A stretch of 64,000 bases of DNA from Chiloscyllium plagiosum. Lineage: Eukaryota. Below the pieces are notes generated by a model. It saw only the letters and a program-made list of their open reading frames with translations. It was not told the origin of the DNA and did no database searches. Location: NCBI RefSeq assembly GCF_004010195.1, contig NC_057720.1, forward strand, positions 15,516,430-15,580,429. The letters are read 5' to 3'. A program made the translations under genes and the position numbers. Positions 39,331-52,217 of this stretch are shown here, in pieces. How positions within the stretch are numbered: the stretch's first letter is position 1; every line of letters begins with the position of its first letter.

Positions 39331-39589
39331 CTTCCAAATAAAGCTGTTGGAGTATAACCTGGTGTTGTGTGATTTGTAATTTTGAGCTTTTCTAGCAATT
39401 TCTATGAATGTGGAAACATGGCTAAGAGTTGACATCTAAATATTTTTTAATACCTCATCAATGAGAAGTTTTTATCTTGCTTTTCATTTTAGAAGTGAAC
39501 TTTTAAACACACAAAGGTTAGAAGTGAGGTATTAGGTAAATTTCCTTTCATTTTCCATTGAGATGAAGAGGGGAATATGGAGATCAGAG

Positions 39590-40050
39590 AGGGAGTTGAA
39601 AACAAGAACAGAAATATTAAATTGGAGGGGCTGACAGATCAAGGAGCCAATGAAACCAATGAATGTATGGAAGATGGTAAGGAAATGGACAACTGAGTTT
39701 CTGTTTGGGTTTGTGGAGGGGTGGAAGGTGGGGAACCAGTCTGGCAAACGTTGGAGTAGCTGAGTGTAAAAATAACAAAAGAATGTGTGATAGCTTCTGC
39801 GGCAGATGCACTGAGGCAGGGCTGGAGAAGATTAACATTCCAGACGTGGAAGTGGGAAGTGTCTTGGTGTTGGAACAGATATTGGGTTGATAGCTGACCT
39901 CAACTCCATATGGGAATGCTTAGATTATGAATCTTAGTGGAGAGCTGGGGAGAGGGATGGTGGTATCCAGGAAACAGAGCTTGTACCAGGGCCCAAAGAC
40001 ATTTAGTCTTCGCAATGGTTGGTTGGAGGAAGTGCCTGCTCATTCACATT
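39590..40050 (-). mobile_element. Ancient L2-like fragment
   Basis: Reverse complement resembles the L2 C-terminal region at 42700-43000. Confidence 0.45.
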
Positions 40051-40384
40051 TGAATGGTGGGAAAACAGCTCAACAGAGTCCATTCTATGTCAGAAAGTCA
40101 AGAAGTGAAGGATAGACCTGAAACAATCTTTGCAAAATTTTATAAGCATTTATCTACAGAGACTCAACTTCAAAGCCACCAGCTCCTCACCAACCAACAC
40201 CCTTCATTCGATTCTGAAGTATAGGAGAACAAGTGAATATCCATCTTAATATCCGTCATCTGTGTGCAATGAATACGCAATTAAATTTTCAACATTTCTG
40301 GGCAGATCTAATAAAAATTGCGTAAGGTCAACGCTCGACTATTTCAAGCACATACCGTAACCTAACCTGAGAGGTGAAGTCTCA

Positions 40385-40610
40385 ATGGAATGGCATTTAG
40401 GTCTTTCAGATAAGATACTGTACGCAATCATCTTCTGATATCTCATGTGTATGAAGAAAGCTCTCCTGGCTTATCTCTCAATATTTCACCCCTCACCCTG
40501 CAAAGCTGGATATCATTACATGTTATAATCTGATCATTTATGTCACTGCTGTACAAGAAACATGCCTGTGCACTATTTGATTGCTACATTTCCCCATATT
40601 GCACTTCAAA
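40385..40610 (+). mobile_element. Ancient Deu-domain-like SINE remnant
   Basis: gtctttcagataaga, aatatttcacccctca, atctgatcattta and ctgtgcactatttgattgct are collinear with the reverse complement of 4865-5890. Confidence 0.4.
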
Positions 40611-41559
40611 GCTCAATTCCCTAAACATTAAACCATCTTTTTTTTTCCTTTTTGGGTACAAACAGACTGGCCGTGTATTTCTAGTTCTTACTGTTTTCAT
40701 TGCAAATTTTTACAATTTCCCTTTTTTTCTTTTTTATCTCAAAGGGATGGGGGACATCAATGTTGAAGGTTAACTTGAGTTCTCTGACAGAGAATCTAAA
40801 GTATTCTAATGCATAGAATGACAAATGACAACTAGTCTGACGAAGGAACTTGCATGATCCTGGAAGCATCTTTTTATCTGGTACTTATTCAACTATCACA
40901 CTTAAAACAACAAAGCTTCTCTGTTCTGCTTTGGCTGACAGGACGAAACAAGTTACCCAAACAATTGTGTGATAGAAGTCTATTGCAGTGGCAGTGTAAA
41001 TGAGCCGACTGTGTGATCTAATAAGTACGTTTCAAAAGATGTTCCAGGAAAGAACTTTTCAGAAAATGAACCCCGCACTTTGGAATGATCTCAATAAACA
41101 ATATAGACTGAAACTTGAGAGTATACTGCTCGACATTAATGGAATTTTGCTTTTTAAGGCACCATTTAAAACAGTGATCAACGGTTTTACCAAGCGTTTA
41201 CCAACTTGCAATTTGTATTCTGATGAATCAAGCATTGAAATGTTGGTGACATTGGTGACATGGCCTTTGCCTTTATATAAGAACAAAAGAACATAAGAAA
41301 AAGGAGCAGGAGTAGGCCATCCAGCCCCTCCAGCCTGCTCCTCCATTCAATAAGATCATGGCTGACCCTTCGCAGACTCAGCTCCACTTACCCGCCTGCT
41401 CGCCACACCCCTTAATTCCTTTACTTACTATGCTTTAATGTCATTCTTCTGTCTGTTGATTTGAGAAAAAGCTATTGCAGTTTTGCTGCAATAGCAAATA
41501 AGGCTCCATTGTTTTTAACATCCATCTACTAAAAGATCGACAGCCACTTCCACAATATA

Positions 41560-41900
41560 ACAAAGAATTGTGGATGTTGGTGATCTGAAGCAAGACCAGA
41601 AATTGTTGGTGAAACTCCAGCAGGTCTGGCAGCAGCTGTGGGAAGAAAGCAGAGTTAACTTTTCGAATCCAGTGACTTTTCATCAGAACTGATAGCAGAG
41701 AAGAAAATGTGGCATATAAACTCGGAACATTTAACTGCTTTGCCCAGTGGATGCTGCCAGACCTGCTGAGTTTCCTCAGGGTCCTGAAGAAGGGTTACAC
41801 CTAAAATGTGGACTTCTCCATCTCCTGATGCTGCTTGGCTTGCTGTAATTTTCCAGCCTCCTGCCTGTCCACTGAGTTTTACCACAGTCATTTCTAGTTT
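41560..41900. mobile_element. Family A palindrome with a further HHR-bearing unit nested (about 41780-41872)
   Basis: Minus-strand HHR remnant at 41652-41690 (AGUU CUGAUGA..GAA AAGU U AACU). Plus-strand GUC CUGAAGA AGGGU UAC ACCU..GAC. ctgagttt is duplicated around the inner unit. Confidence 0.6.
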
Positions 41901-42104
41901 GGTTATTTTTGTACATTAAAGGGACTATGAAACTGTAGTATTCACCATATAAGCTTAAACTGTTTAAACTTGACGTTGATAATCCATAAGGACACACCTC
42001 CAAGTTTCCTTCCCACACTAAAGCCTTTGAAAATCTCCAAAATCTGTAACTAACTTTTATAGGACTCCAGGTTTGGGTCTCTCCAGTTTTCCTCTGTATC
42101 CATT

Positions 42105-43450
42105 AGGTCACAAATGATCACCCATGTGACTGTGACAAAGGTAAACTCCTCACCTTCTCGACTTGCCTGCAGCCTTGGACTCAGCTGATCACACCATTCC
42201 CCTCCTCCCCCACCTCTGCACTGTCCGCCAACTGAGTGGGACTGAACTCCTTCGGTCCCTTTTTTTATTTCTATGCAATTATAACAAGAGTAACAATTGC
42301 AATGGCTTCTCTTTCTGATCCTATGCGGTTACCTTGGCTGTTCCCCTCCTATTTCTCATCAAGTGTCTCATCTCAGTGACATCTAAACATACAAAGTTAG
42401 TTTTCACGTGTGACCTTAGACTCAAGAGTCTTCATTGTTACTTAACTGTCATACTGCTTGTCCAACATCTGATATCCAGTAATGACTGAGCAGAAATAAC
42501 ATCCAAGTAAATATTGGGACGATCAAAGCATTTGTCTTTGGTCCCTGGCATAATCTTTGTCCCTTGATGACTGATACCATCTTTCTTCCTGTCATCTATT
42601 TGAGAATAAACCTTCAAGTCACAACTGATGAGTTGGGATGAGTTTCTGATTAAGTATCTGCACCATAACCATCCCTGCCTATTTCCACTTTCATCACTTT
42701 ACAGGACTTTGTCTCTGCCTCAGCCTATCTGCTGCTGGAACCCTCATTCATGCCCGCAGTACTTTAAGACTTGGCAATTCCAATGATGACCTCCCATGTT
42801 TCTGTGTTCTCATGTGCTATGTTCCTAGTTTAGCCTCTATGAGGTTGTTATCCAAACCCCTGGTGCCCATGTTCTGATGTGTATAAAATTCCACTCAATC
42901 AGCAACCCTGTGCTCAGTGAGCTACACTGAATCCTGGCCAAGAAATACTTTGATTTTAAAATTCTGATAATTGGTTTTGAATGCCTTTGATGCTTCACTG
43001 CCATTAATGCAATCTTTTTCAGCCCACAACCCTCTGTAGGCACTCATCTAATTCTTGTCTCTTAAGCATTCCTGGTTTTCATTGCTCCACCATTAAAGGC
43101 CATGCCTTAGCTGTAAATCATAAGCTCTGGGATTCCCTCCCTAAATAGCTCTAACTAAAATACCAATGAGCACTTAGCTCTTTGACCAAGCTGTTACCCA
43201 TCTGAGAGAAAGTGAGGACTGCAGATGCTGGAGATCAGAGTCGAAAAGTATGGTGCTGGAAAAACACAGCAGGGCAAGCAACATCTGAGGAGCAGGAGAA
43301 TGGATGTTTCAGGCGTAACTTTTCAGCACTATTACCCATCTGCCCAAATACCATCTGTTGTGCTTTAATATCTAATTTTGTTGTACAATCCTCCTAAGAA
43401 ACACCTCCAGAGCTTTATTCTATGAAAAGTGCTCTATAAATTTAAGTTGC
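42105..43450 (+). mobile_element. Decayed L2 LINE
   Basis: gtcacaaatgat..gactgtgacaaaggtaaa..ctcgacttgcctgcagcc..gatcacacc, equivalent to VTND..DCDKG..LDLSAAFD.VDH. L2-type 3' end near 43400. Confidence 0.6.
43205..43328 (-). mobile_element. Family C short PLE insertion
   Basis: 14-bp TSD CTGTTACCCATCTG (43191-43204) / CTATTACCCATCTG (43329-43342). Confidence 0.8.
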
Positions 43451-44235
43451 TCTTGTTCCCGGTGAGAGATAGGAGGAATTGGGAGTAAGAATTACGTAGA
43501 AAAATATAGGGAACAGCCTATTCAGCCCAGCTAATCCATGCCAGTGTATGTGTCCTTGTCACAAGCTTCCTTACACGCTATTTCATCAAACGAGATCATC
43601 ATTTCTTCCTTGTGCCTTCCAGTTTTTCTTTAACTGCATTGATATTATTTGCATGTCGAATGAAGTCCCACGTGCTTCCACTCTAATACTGAAGTTGCTT
43701 CGTCTGAATTGGGTATTGGATTTACTAGTGTCTACCTTGTGTTTAAGGTCACCAGTCCTGAACTGGGCCACATCCTCGAGCCAGTCACTGCTGGTGGTTC
43801 TGATGATGCCGACTGTGCAGATTTATCAACCTCCTCCTTCATCTTCTTATGCAACCAAGGTGGTGGCTGGATTTGCAGTTGGACGGCTTGGGGTGCACTT
43901 GGCCTATTGTCATCGCCTGGACTTAAAATAATGAATGGGATCAGAGTAGTTCAGGTATGATAGCTCATAGCCACTCAGAGGGCTTGATCTCTTTTGCTAT
44001 TCCCAGCCTTTCCAAGTTTTGTTGCAGTTGCCTTGAATTCATGATATTTGTTTTCCAGCTCATCCTTAGGTTATTAGATATTTTCACATTGAGTTAACTC
44101 TGGCTTGATATTACTTAAGAGGAATCTAACTGGACAATGCACCATGAGTAAATTAACAGCGTGCAAATTGAATTCTTCGAAATTATGTTGTTAACTAAAT
44201 GATGTTAGCTCCCATTTCCTCCCTGGAAGTAAAGG

Positions 44236-44523
44236 TTAGATTACCTACAGTGTGGAAACAGGCCCTTCAGCTCAACCAGTCCATACTGACCCTCCAAAGA
44301 GTAACCCACCCAGACCCATTTCCCTCTGACTAATGCACCTAACACTATGGGCAATTTAGCATGGCCAATTCACCTGACCTGCACATTTTGTGATTGTGGG
44401 AGGAAACCCACACAGACACGGGGAGAACATGCAAACTCCACACAGACAGTCACCCGAGGCTGGAATTGAACCAGGGACCCTGGTGCCGTGAGGCAGCAGT
44501 GCTAACCACTGAGCCACCGTGCC
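44236..44523 (-). mobile_element. HE1-like V-SINE
   Basis: Complete reverse copy with A/B boxes. Confidence 0.9.
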
Positions 44524-46782
44524 ACCCTTAACATCGATTCAACATGAAAGAAAGACTTAAACAGCTTATAACTCGCAGTGGCAGGTGCCCTGTGTAAAAT
44601 ACACAGTGATGCGTGTGATTACATGATGGCAACCATTAGCTGTGGTATCTCTTCTGATATTCTTGGCTTAAAGCTCGACCAAATTGTTATGCAAACAGGA
44701 GGAGGTAACGACAGAGACAGGTTAATTCACGCTGAGGGTTGATTGGCTTCGTAAATGGAGTTATAAACGCTCTTGTATCGGCTGACCAACCAGAAGCCTC
44801 GTTGCTTCACTCATCGAGAAGAATTATTGGAATGACAAGTTGCCGTCCCAATTTAATAGGGTTTAAAAGCCCCAAACTGATAATATTTTGTACTGATTTC
44901 GCTAATTGTCGCTTCTGTGCACTGTTACCATACTCCCTTGTGAAGCTGCACTTTTCTGGCATGAATCTCTGCTTGCACACATAAGGCCTGGCTCCAGTCC
45001 CCTTAACACAGCTTCACTAATTTGCCATGTCAAATTAGTGTGATGAAAAACTTCTAATTACTGTTTTGAAGGATCATTTAGGGTATTAGCACCAACGCAG
45101 CCGCCTGTTCCTGTGCAGGCTCATTTGCATACTAATCTGTGGTGCAGAAGCAGGTGACAAAGGCAAATGTCTCGTAACTTATTTACAATCATCATCGGGG
45201 AAAGTGCAGGCTCAAGTTTGACAGCTGCTCCCAGAGGCAGGAAGCTGTAGCAGGAAACTTGTGCTGAGTTAGATTAGGTCAGCGGGAGAGGCTGTTTCAT
45301 CTTCCTCAGTACACTGGCTCTCAGAGTGTCAGTCACTGGGATGAAAAGAGGCAATGAGAAATTTGAAAAAAAACCCCACTCCAATCTTTCCCAATAAGAA
45401 TCCTTAGTCATCGACTTGTCATATGATTGTTGGAGTTGTATTGTTAAACCTATTGTCAAACTGGACCTGATTGAGTTGCTTTGAAAGGTTAAATGATTGT
45501 CTTTTAAAAACATAAATCTTTCAGAAATGCATATTGCTACAGCTGTTAGTTCCAGTGTTTTCTATTATATATGATGTTTTTCTCTGGGTAAGTACCCCTC
45601 CCAGCGCTTAACCTCTTACGTGAGTTTGGCAAAAACTGGGAGACTTACAATGTAGAATCAGACAATAGTTTCCAGTGAATGCGCAACCACAGTTAAATGT
45701 GGGAAAACATGAAGTTTCTGTCCTAGTTGCATAACTTTTCCAAAAGCTGGATGTTAATGGTAGTTTGCGACAATGCTCATCATTCAAATATATTAAACAA
45801 CATTAGGTTGCTGTATTTCCTTCATAAAAATAACATAAAATAGAAAATGTTCAGTCCATTTCACTGTAGATACTCTTTGGCACGGTTTCTATTAATTACT
45901 ATGAAACAACTGAGACTGAAATCTTAATCTTTTCAAATGCGGATTCTCAATGCTTCAGATTTTGTTGATTTCTTTTGAAAGTAACATTTTTAAAAATCTC
46001 TTCTTTTGTTTTGCTTTTTATGGTAATATCAGGTTTACTATTCCAACTGACACTTCCTAGTTCAGATGATATGGTCCTCACATTGGTAACTAGGTATTTA
46101 GTACCGAAGGTGGTGTCTAGGTGTGGCAACATTGTACACTTTTCGCTGTACTCCTACCCTTTTGTACTTGAGGACAAATGAAAATAAAATCTTATTCTAA
46201 TTGTTAATGATCGTAAGAATCAAATGAATGGCCATAGCCGGATGAAGTTCACAATCTGAAAATCCCACTTTCAATCAATGGACTCCAAATTAATCAGCAT
46301 TTCAATTCTTTGTAACTCTCCCAGGGCTTTCTTCATATCTCCTACCCCTCACCCACCACACCAACACCAGGAAAATAATGGCTGCTCTTTCATTTGGCAT
46401 TAATGACAGCTCAGTAAGTGACAGATGTGGTTGAACTAGTCAAAGCAACTGGGGCTTGCTTTCTGTATCCTGATGGAAAGGAGCACAACCAGTTTTTGTT
46501 GAACACCATCAACAGTTAACAGTTAGGGGCTTAAGGGATGACATTTATAATTGGCAAGCAATTGAATTGCCAGAATAAGACCTGATTCTTCAACTGATCT
46601 TATCAATATAGGGGAACTGCCTGGGAGCATGAGTTATAATCCTTCAGCCATTGAATGGGCTACCACCAACATATTTGATTTTCACTTCAAAATTGTCATT
46701 TGTGATTTTGACTCCATTGTTTGGTACTTTAGCAACTGGTGAATATTTGTATTATATCCAAAGTGACTTGTTTTAATAGGCC

Positions 46783-47008
46783 CCGATTTATTGATTTTAG
46801 CTCTGCTCTTAACACCATAATGCCAACAAAACTCATTTCCAAATTCCGAGAGCAAGGACTGTGCTTTCCCCTCTGCAGCTGGATCCTTGACCTCATGACC
46901 CACACACTGTAAGCAGTAAGGATAGGCGACAACACTTCCACCACAATAATCCTCAACACCAGTGCCCCGCAAAGCTGTGTACTTGGCCCTTTACAATACT
47001 CCTTCTCC
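46783..47008 (+). mobile_element. Rex1/Babar-type RT fragment
   Basis: Allowing frameshifts: FIDFSSALNTIMPTKLISK..CSWILD..VRIGDNTSTTIILNTSAPQSCVLGPL. Confidence 0.7.
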
Positions 47009-47575
47009 AATCAGAGTTGATAAAGTGTTTAAGCTAGGAAAAGCACAGCAGGTCAAGCAGCATCTGAAGAGCAAGAGAGTCGATGTTTCGAGCATAACAC
47101 TTCTTCAGGACTGGGGAGGGAGGGAAGGGGGCTGAAAAATAAATAGAAGGAGGTGGGTTGGGGTTGGGAAAAGGTAGGTGGGATGGTGATAGGTGGGCAA
47201 AGATAGGAAGTGATTGTGATTGGTCAGTGGGAAACGTGGAGTGGATAGGTGGGAAGGAAGATGGACAGGAAGGTCATGACATGAGGGCGGAGCTGAGTTG
47301 GAGGGTTGGGTCTGGAATGGGTTGGAGGGAGGGGAGATTTGGAAACTGGTGAATTCAATGTTGAGGCCTTGTAGTTGTAGGCTCCTGAGGTAGAAGATGA
47401 GGCGTTCCTTCTCCAGTTTTTGTGGGTGGCCTTGTTTTAGTGAAGGAGACTCAGAATGGCCATGTTATTGGGGGAGTTCAAATGGATGGCTATAGGTAAG
47501 TGGGGTTGGTTGGTGCGTATGGACCCAAGATGTTCCCTGAACCGTTCTGCGAGTTTGCTCTTGGTTTCTCTGATT
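47009..47575 (-). mobile_element. Penelope-like element (Neptune-type), 3' part: GIY-YIG C-half, 3' UTR and family C pLTR with HHR
   Basis: Minus strand ETKSKLAERFREHLGSIRTNQPHLPIA. Decayed HHR at 47078-47112 with stem I AGUC/GACU. Confidence 0.85.
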
Positions 47576-47666
47576 TTCTCAAAGTAATAGAGTCATAGAG
47601 ATGTACAGCACGGAAACAGACCCTTTGGTCCAAGCCATCCATGCTGACCAGATATCCCAACCCAAT

Positions 47667-50600
47667 CTAGTCCCACCTGCCAGTACTCGGCCCATATCCC
47701 CCCAAACACTTCCTATTCATATACCCATCCAAATGCCTTTTAAATGTTGCAATTGTACTAGCCTCCACCACTTCCTCTGACAGCTCATTCCATACACGTA
47801 CCACCCTCTGCGTGAAAAAGTTACCTCTTAGGTCTCTTTTATATCTTTCCCCTCTCACCCTCAGCCTCCAATGCTCCAGGAAAAAAACAGCCCCAGCCTG
47901 TTCAGCCTCTCCCTATAGCTCAAATCCTCCAACCCTGGCAACATCCTTGTAAATCTTTTCTGAACCCTTTCAAGTTTCACAACATCTTTCTGATAGGAAG
48001 GAGACCAGACTTGCATGCAATATTCCAACAATGGCCTAATCAATGTCCTGTACAACCGCAACATGACCTCCCAACTCCTGTACTCAATACTCTCACCAAT
48101 AAACAAAAGCATACCAAACACCTTCTTCACTATCCTATCGACCTGCAACTCCACTTTCAGGGAGCAATGAACCTGCACTCTAAGGTCTCTTTGTTCAGTA
48201 ACACTCCCTAGAACCTTATCATTAAGTGAATAGGTCCTACTGAGATTTGCTTTCCCAAAATGCAGCACCTTGCATTTATCTGAATTAAACTCCATCTGGA
48301 GAAAGTGAGGTCTGCAGATGCTGGAGATCAGAGCTGAAAATGTGTTGCTGGAAAAGCGCAGCAGGTCAGGCAGCATCCAGGGAACAGGAGAATAGGAGAA
48401 AGTGAGGTCTACAGATGCTGGAGATCAGAGCTGAAAAAAAGGGCTTATGCCCGAAACGTCGATTCTCCTATTCCCTGGATGCTGCCTGACCTGCTGCGCT
48501 TTTCCAGAAACACATTTTCAGCTTTAAACTTCATCTGCCACTCCTCAGCCCATTGGCCCATTTGATCAAGATCCTGTTGTAATCTGAGGTAACCTTCTTT
48601 GCTGTCCACTACACCTCCAATTTTGGTGTCATCTGCAAACTTACTAACTATATCTCTTATGCTCACATCTAAGTCATTTATATAAATGATGAAAAGTAGT
48701 GGACCCAGCACTGATCCTTGTGGCACTCCACTGATCACAGGCCTCCAGTCTGAAAAACAACCCTCCACCACCACCCTCTGTCTTCTACCTTTGAGCCAGT
48801 TCTGTATCCAAGTGGCAAGTTCTCCCTGTATTCCGTGAGATCTAACCTTGATAACCAGTCTTCCATGAGGACCCTTGTCGAACGCTTTACTGAAGTCCAT
48901 ATAGATCACATCTACCGTTCTGCCCTCATCAATCCTCTTTGTTACTTCTTCAAAAAATCTCAATCAAGTTTGTGAAATATGATTTCCCATGCACAAAGCC
49001 ATGTTGACTATCCCTAATCAGTCCTTGCCTTTCCAACTACATGTACATTCCATCCCTCAGGATTCTTACAACAATTGCCCACCACCGACGTCAGGCTCAC
49101 TGGTCTATAGTTCCCTGGCTTGTCCTTACCACCCTTCTTAAACAGTGGCACCATGTTAGCCAACCTCCAGTCTTCTGGCACCTCACCTGTGAGTATCGAT
49201 GATACAAATATCTCAGCAAGAGGCCCAGCAAACACTTCTCTAGCTTCCCACAGAGTTCTATGGTACACCTGATCAGGTCCTGGGGATTTATCCACTTTTA
49301 TGCATTTCAAGACATCCAGCACTTCCTCCTCTATAATATGGACATTTTTCAAGATGTCACCATCTATCTCCTAAATTCTATATCTTCCACTGTAAACACT
49401 GATGCAAAATACTCGTTTAGTATCTCCCCCATTTTCTGCGGCTCCACACAAAGGCTGCCTTGCTGATCTTTGAGCGGCCCTATTCTCTCCCGAATTACCC
49501 TTTTGTCCTTAATGTATTTGTAAAAACCCTTTGAATTCTCCTTAACCCTATTTGCCAAAGCTATCTCATGTTCCCTTTTTGCCTTCCTGATTTCCCTCTT
49601 AAGTATACTCCTACTGCCTTTATACTCTTCTAAGGATTCACTCGATCTATCCCATCAATATCTGACATTTGCTTTCTTCTTTTTCTTAACCAAACCCTCA
49701 ATTTCTTTAGTCATCCAGCATTTCCTATGCCTACCAGCCTTTCCTTTCACCCTGACGGGAATATACTTTCTCTGGACTCTTGTTATCTCATGTCTGAAGG
49801 CTTCCCATTTTCCAGCCGTCCCTTTACCTGCGAACGTCTGCCTCCAATCAGCTTTCGAAAGTTCTTGCCTAATACCGTCAAAATTGGCCTTTCTCCAATT
49901 TAGAACTTCAACTTTTAGATCTGATCTATCCTTTTCCATCACTATACTAAATCTAATAGAATTATGATCGCTAGCCCCAAAGTGCTCCCCCACTGACACC
50001 TCAGTCACCTGCCCTGCCTTACTTCCCAAGAGTAGTTGAAGTTTTGCACATTTTCTCGTAGGTAAATCTGCATACTGAATCAGAAAATTATCTTGTAGAC
50101 ACTTAACAAATTCCTCTCCATCTAAACCCTCAACACTATAGCAGTCCCAGTCTATATGTGGAAATTTCAAATCGCCAACCATAACCACCCTATTATTCTT
50201 ACAGATAGCTGAGATCTCCTTACAAATTTGTTTCTTAATTTCCTTTTGACTATTAGGGGGTCTATGATACAATCCCAATAAGGTGATCATCCCTTTCTTA
50301 TTTCTCAGTTTCACCCAAATAACTTCCCTGAATATATTTCCAGGAATATCCTCCCTCAGCACAGCTGTAATGTTATCCCTTATCAAAAACGCCACTCCCC
50401 CTCCTCTCTTGCCTCCCTTTCTATCCTTCCTGTAGCATTTGTATCCTTGAACATTAAGCTGCCAGTGCTGCCCATCCCTGAGCCATGTTTCCGTAATTGC
50501 TATGATATCCCAGTCCCATGTTCCTAACCATGCCCTGAGTTCATCTGCCTTCCCTGTTAGGCCCCTTGCATTGAAATAAATGCAGTTTAATTTATCTGTA

Positions 50601-50791
50601 CTATGTTGTCCTCTGCTTTGTCCCTGCCTGCCCTGACTGTTTGACTTGCTTCTGTTCTCAGCTGTACCCGTCTCAGATTGATCTCTTTCCTCCCTCTCTC
50701 CCTGGGTTCCTCCCCACCCCCACCACTCACCTCCGCGCCCTCCCCACCGTTCCGCGCCCTCTCCCCCCCCGCCCCTGCACCCGCACACCAT
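47667..50791 (-). pseudogene. CR1 ORF2 (APE endonuclease + reverse transcriptase), disrupted
   Basis: Open 378-aa EN region (YFNARGL, IAITETWL, GGGVA, GDLKFP, SDHN). RT motifs GVPQGSVLGP and KFADD. Frameshifts, plus an insertion at 48298. Confidence 0.9.
48298..48523. mobile_element. Young family C insertion (tandem + inverted) in the CR1 RT
   Basis: 13-bp TSD TTAAACTCCATCT (48285-48297) / TTAAACTTCATCT (48524-48536), 34-nt tail and HHR 3' half GGGC UUAU GCCC GAA ACGU C. Confidence 0.9.
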
Positions 50792-51010
50792 CTCACTAGT
50801 TTAAATCCTCCCAAGCAGCTATAGCTCCTGTCCCCTTCCAATTTAGGTGCATGCCATCCTTCTTGTACAGGTCACATCTAGCCCAGAAGAGATTCCAATG
50901 ATCCAAACAATGTGAATCCTTCTCCCATACACCAGTTCCTCAGCCTTGCATTCATCTGTTCTATCCTCCTATTCCTGTCCTCACTAGCTCATCGCACCGG
51001 GAGTAATCCA

Positions 51011-52217
51011 AAGAACAAAGAACAAAGAAAATTTACAGCCCAGGAACAGGCCCTTCAAGCCTTAGCTGATCTAAATCTTCTGTCTAAACCTGTCGGTCAA
51101 TTCCTAAGCATCTGTATCCCTCTGCTCCCCACCTACTCATGCCTCTGTCCAGACGCATCTTAAATGAATCTACCATGCCTGCCTCTATCATCTCTGCTGG
51201 CAACCGGTTCCAAACGCCCACCATCCTCTCTGTGAAGTACTTGCCGCGTGTATCCCCCTTAAACTTTCCACCTCTCACCTTGAAAGTGTGACCTCTCGTT
51301 ATTGACTCCTCAACCCTGGGAGAAAACTTGTCTCTATCCATCCTGTCTATACCCTTCATGATTTTGTAAACCTCAATCAGGTCCCCCCTCAATCTCCTTT
51401 TTTCTAGTGAAAATAAACCTAACCTACTCAACCTCTCTTCATAGCTAGCACCTTCCATACCAGGCAACATCCTCGTAAACCTTCTCTGCACCCTCTCCAA
51501 AGTGTCCACATCCTTTTGGTAATGTGGCGCCCAGAACTGTACACAATATTCTAAATGTGACCAAACCAATGTCTTGTACAATTTTAACATGACTTACCAG
51601 CTCTTAGTTGAAACTTTATTGCTGGAACAGCACAGCAGGTCAGGCAGCATCCACAGCCTGACCTGCTGTGCTGTTCCAGCAATAAAGTTTCAACTTCGAT
51701 CTCCAGCATCTGCAGACCTCACTTTCTTACCAGCTCTTATAATCAATACCCCATCCATTGAAGGCAAGCATACTATATGCCTTCTTGGCCACTCTATCCG
51801 CCTGTGCCGCAACCTTCAGGGTACAATGGACCTGCACTCCCAGATCTCTCTGCCCATCAACATTTCCCAAGGCTCTTCCATTCATTGTATAATTCACTCT
51901 AGAATTAGACTTTCCTAAATGCATCACCTCACATTTGTCTGGATTGAAAGCCATCTGCCACTTTTCTGCCCAACTCCCCAGTCTATCTATATCCTCCTGT
52001 ATTCTCTGACAGTCCCTTATGCTTTCTGCTACTCCACCAATCTTTGTGTCATCTGCAAACTTGCTGATCATACCAACAGTGCCCTCTTCTAGATCATTTA
52101 TTTATATTACAAACAACAGTGGACCCAACACTGAACACTGTGGAACACCACTGGTCACCTTTCTCCATTTTGAGAAACTCCCTTCAACTACTACGCTCTG
52201 TCTCCTGTTGCTCAACC
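51011..52217 (-). mobile_element. 5'-truncated CR1 (different subfamily) inside ORF1
   Basis: ISKFADDTKIG and HLEYCVQFWAP motifs, (ttctttg)n tail, 6-bp TSD AATCCA at 51005-51010 and 52218-52223. Confidence 0.9.
51607..51725. mobile_element. Very young family C fold-back insertion
   Basis: Perfect 40-bp arms (51606-51645 / 51656-51695), ~31-nt tail, TSD CTTACCAGCTCTTA at 51593-51606 and 51726-51739. Confidence 0.9.

Larger units (their letters stand above)
38491..39382. mobile_element. Family B PLE with inverted pseudo-LTRs, nested in a family A copy (about 38348-39405)
   Basis: 36-nt tail (38491-38526), terminal inverted repeats, inner palindrome about 38598-38833, and 12-bp TSD TGAGCTTTTCTA at 38479-38490 and 39383-39394. 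Confidence 0.85.

Noticed and set aside
41000..41296. 98-aa ORF in unique sequence
   Set aside because: No domain similarity I can recognise, it ends in a CR1 tail, and its length is compatible with chance.
43780..43925. Minus-strand open frame SPGDDNRPSAPQ..KKMKEEVDK as a possible exon
   Set aside because: No recognisable protein and no convincing donor site; it runs into a CR1 remnant.
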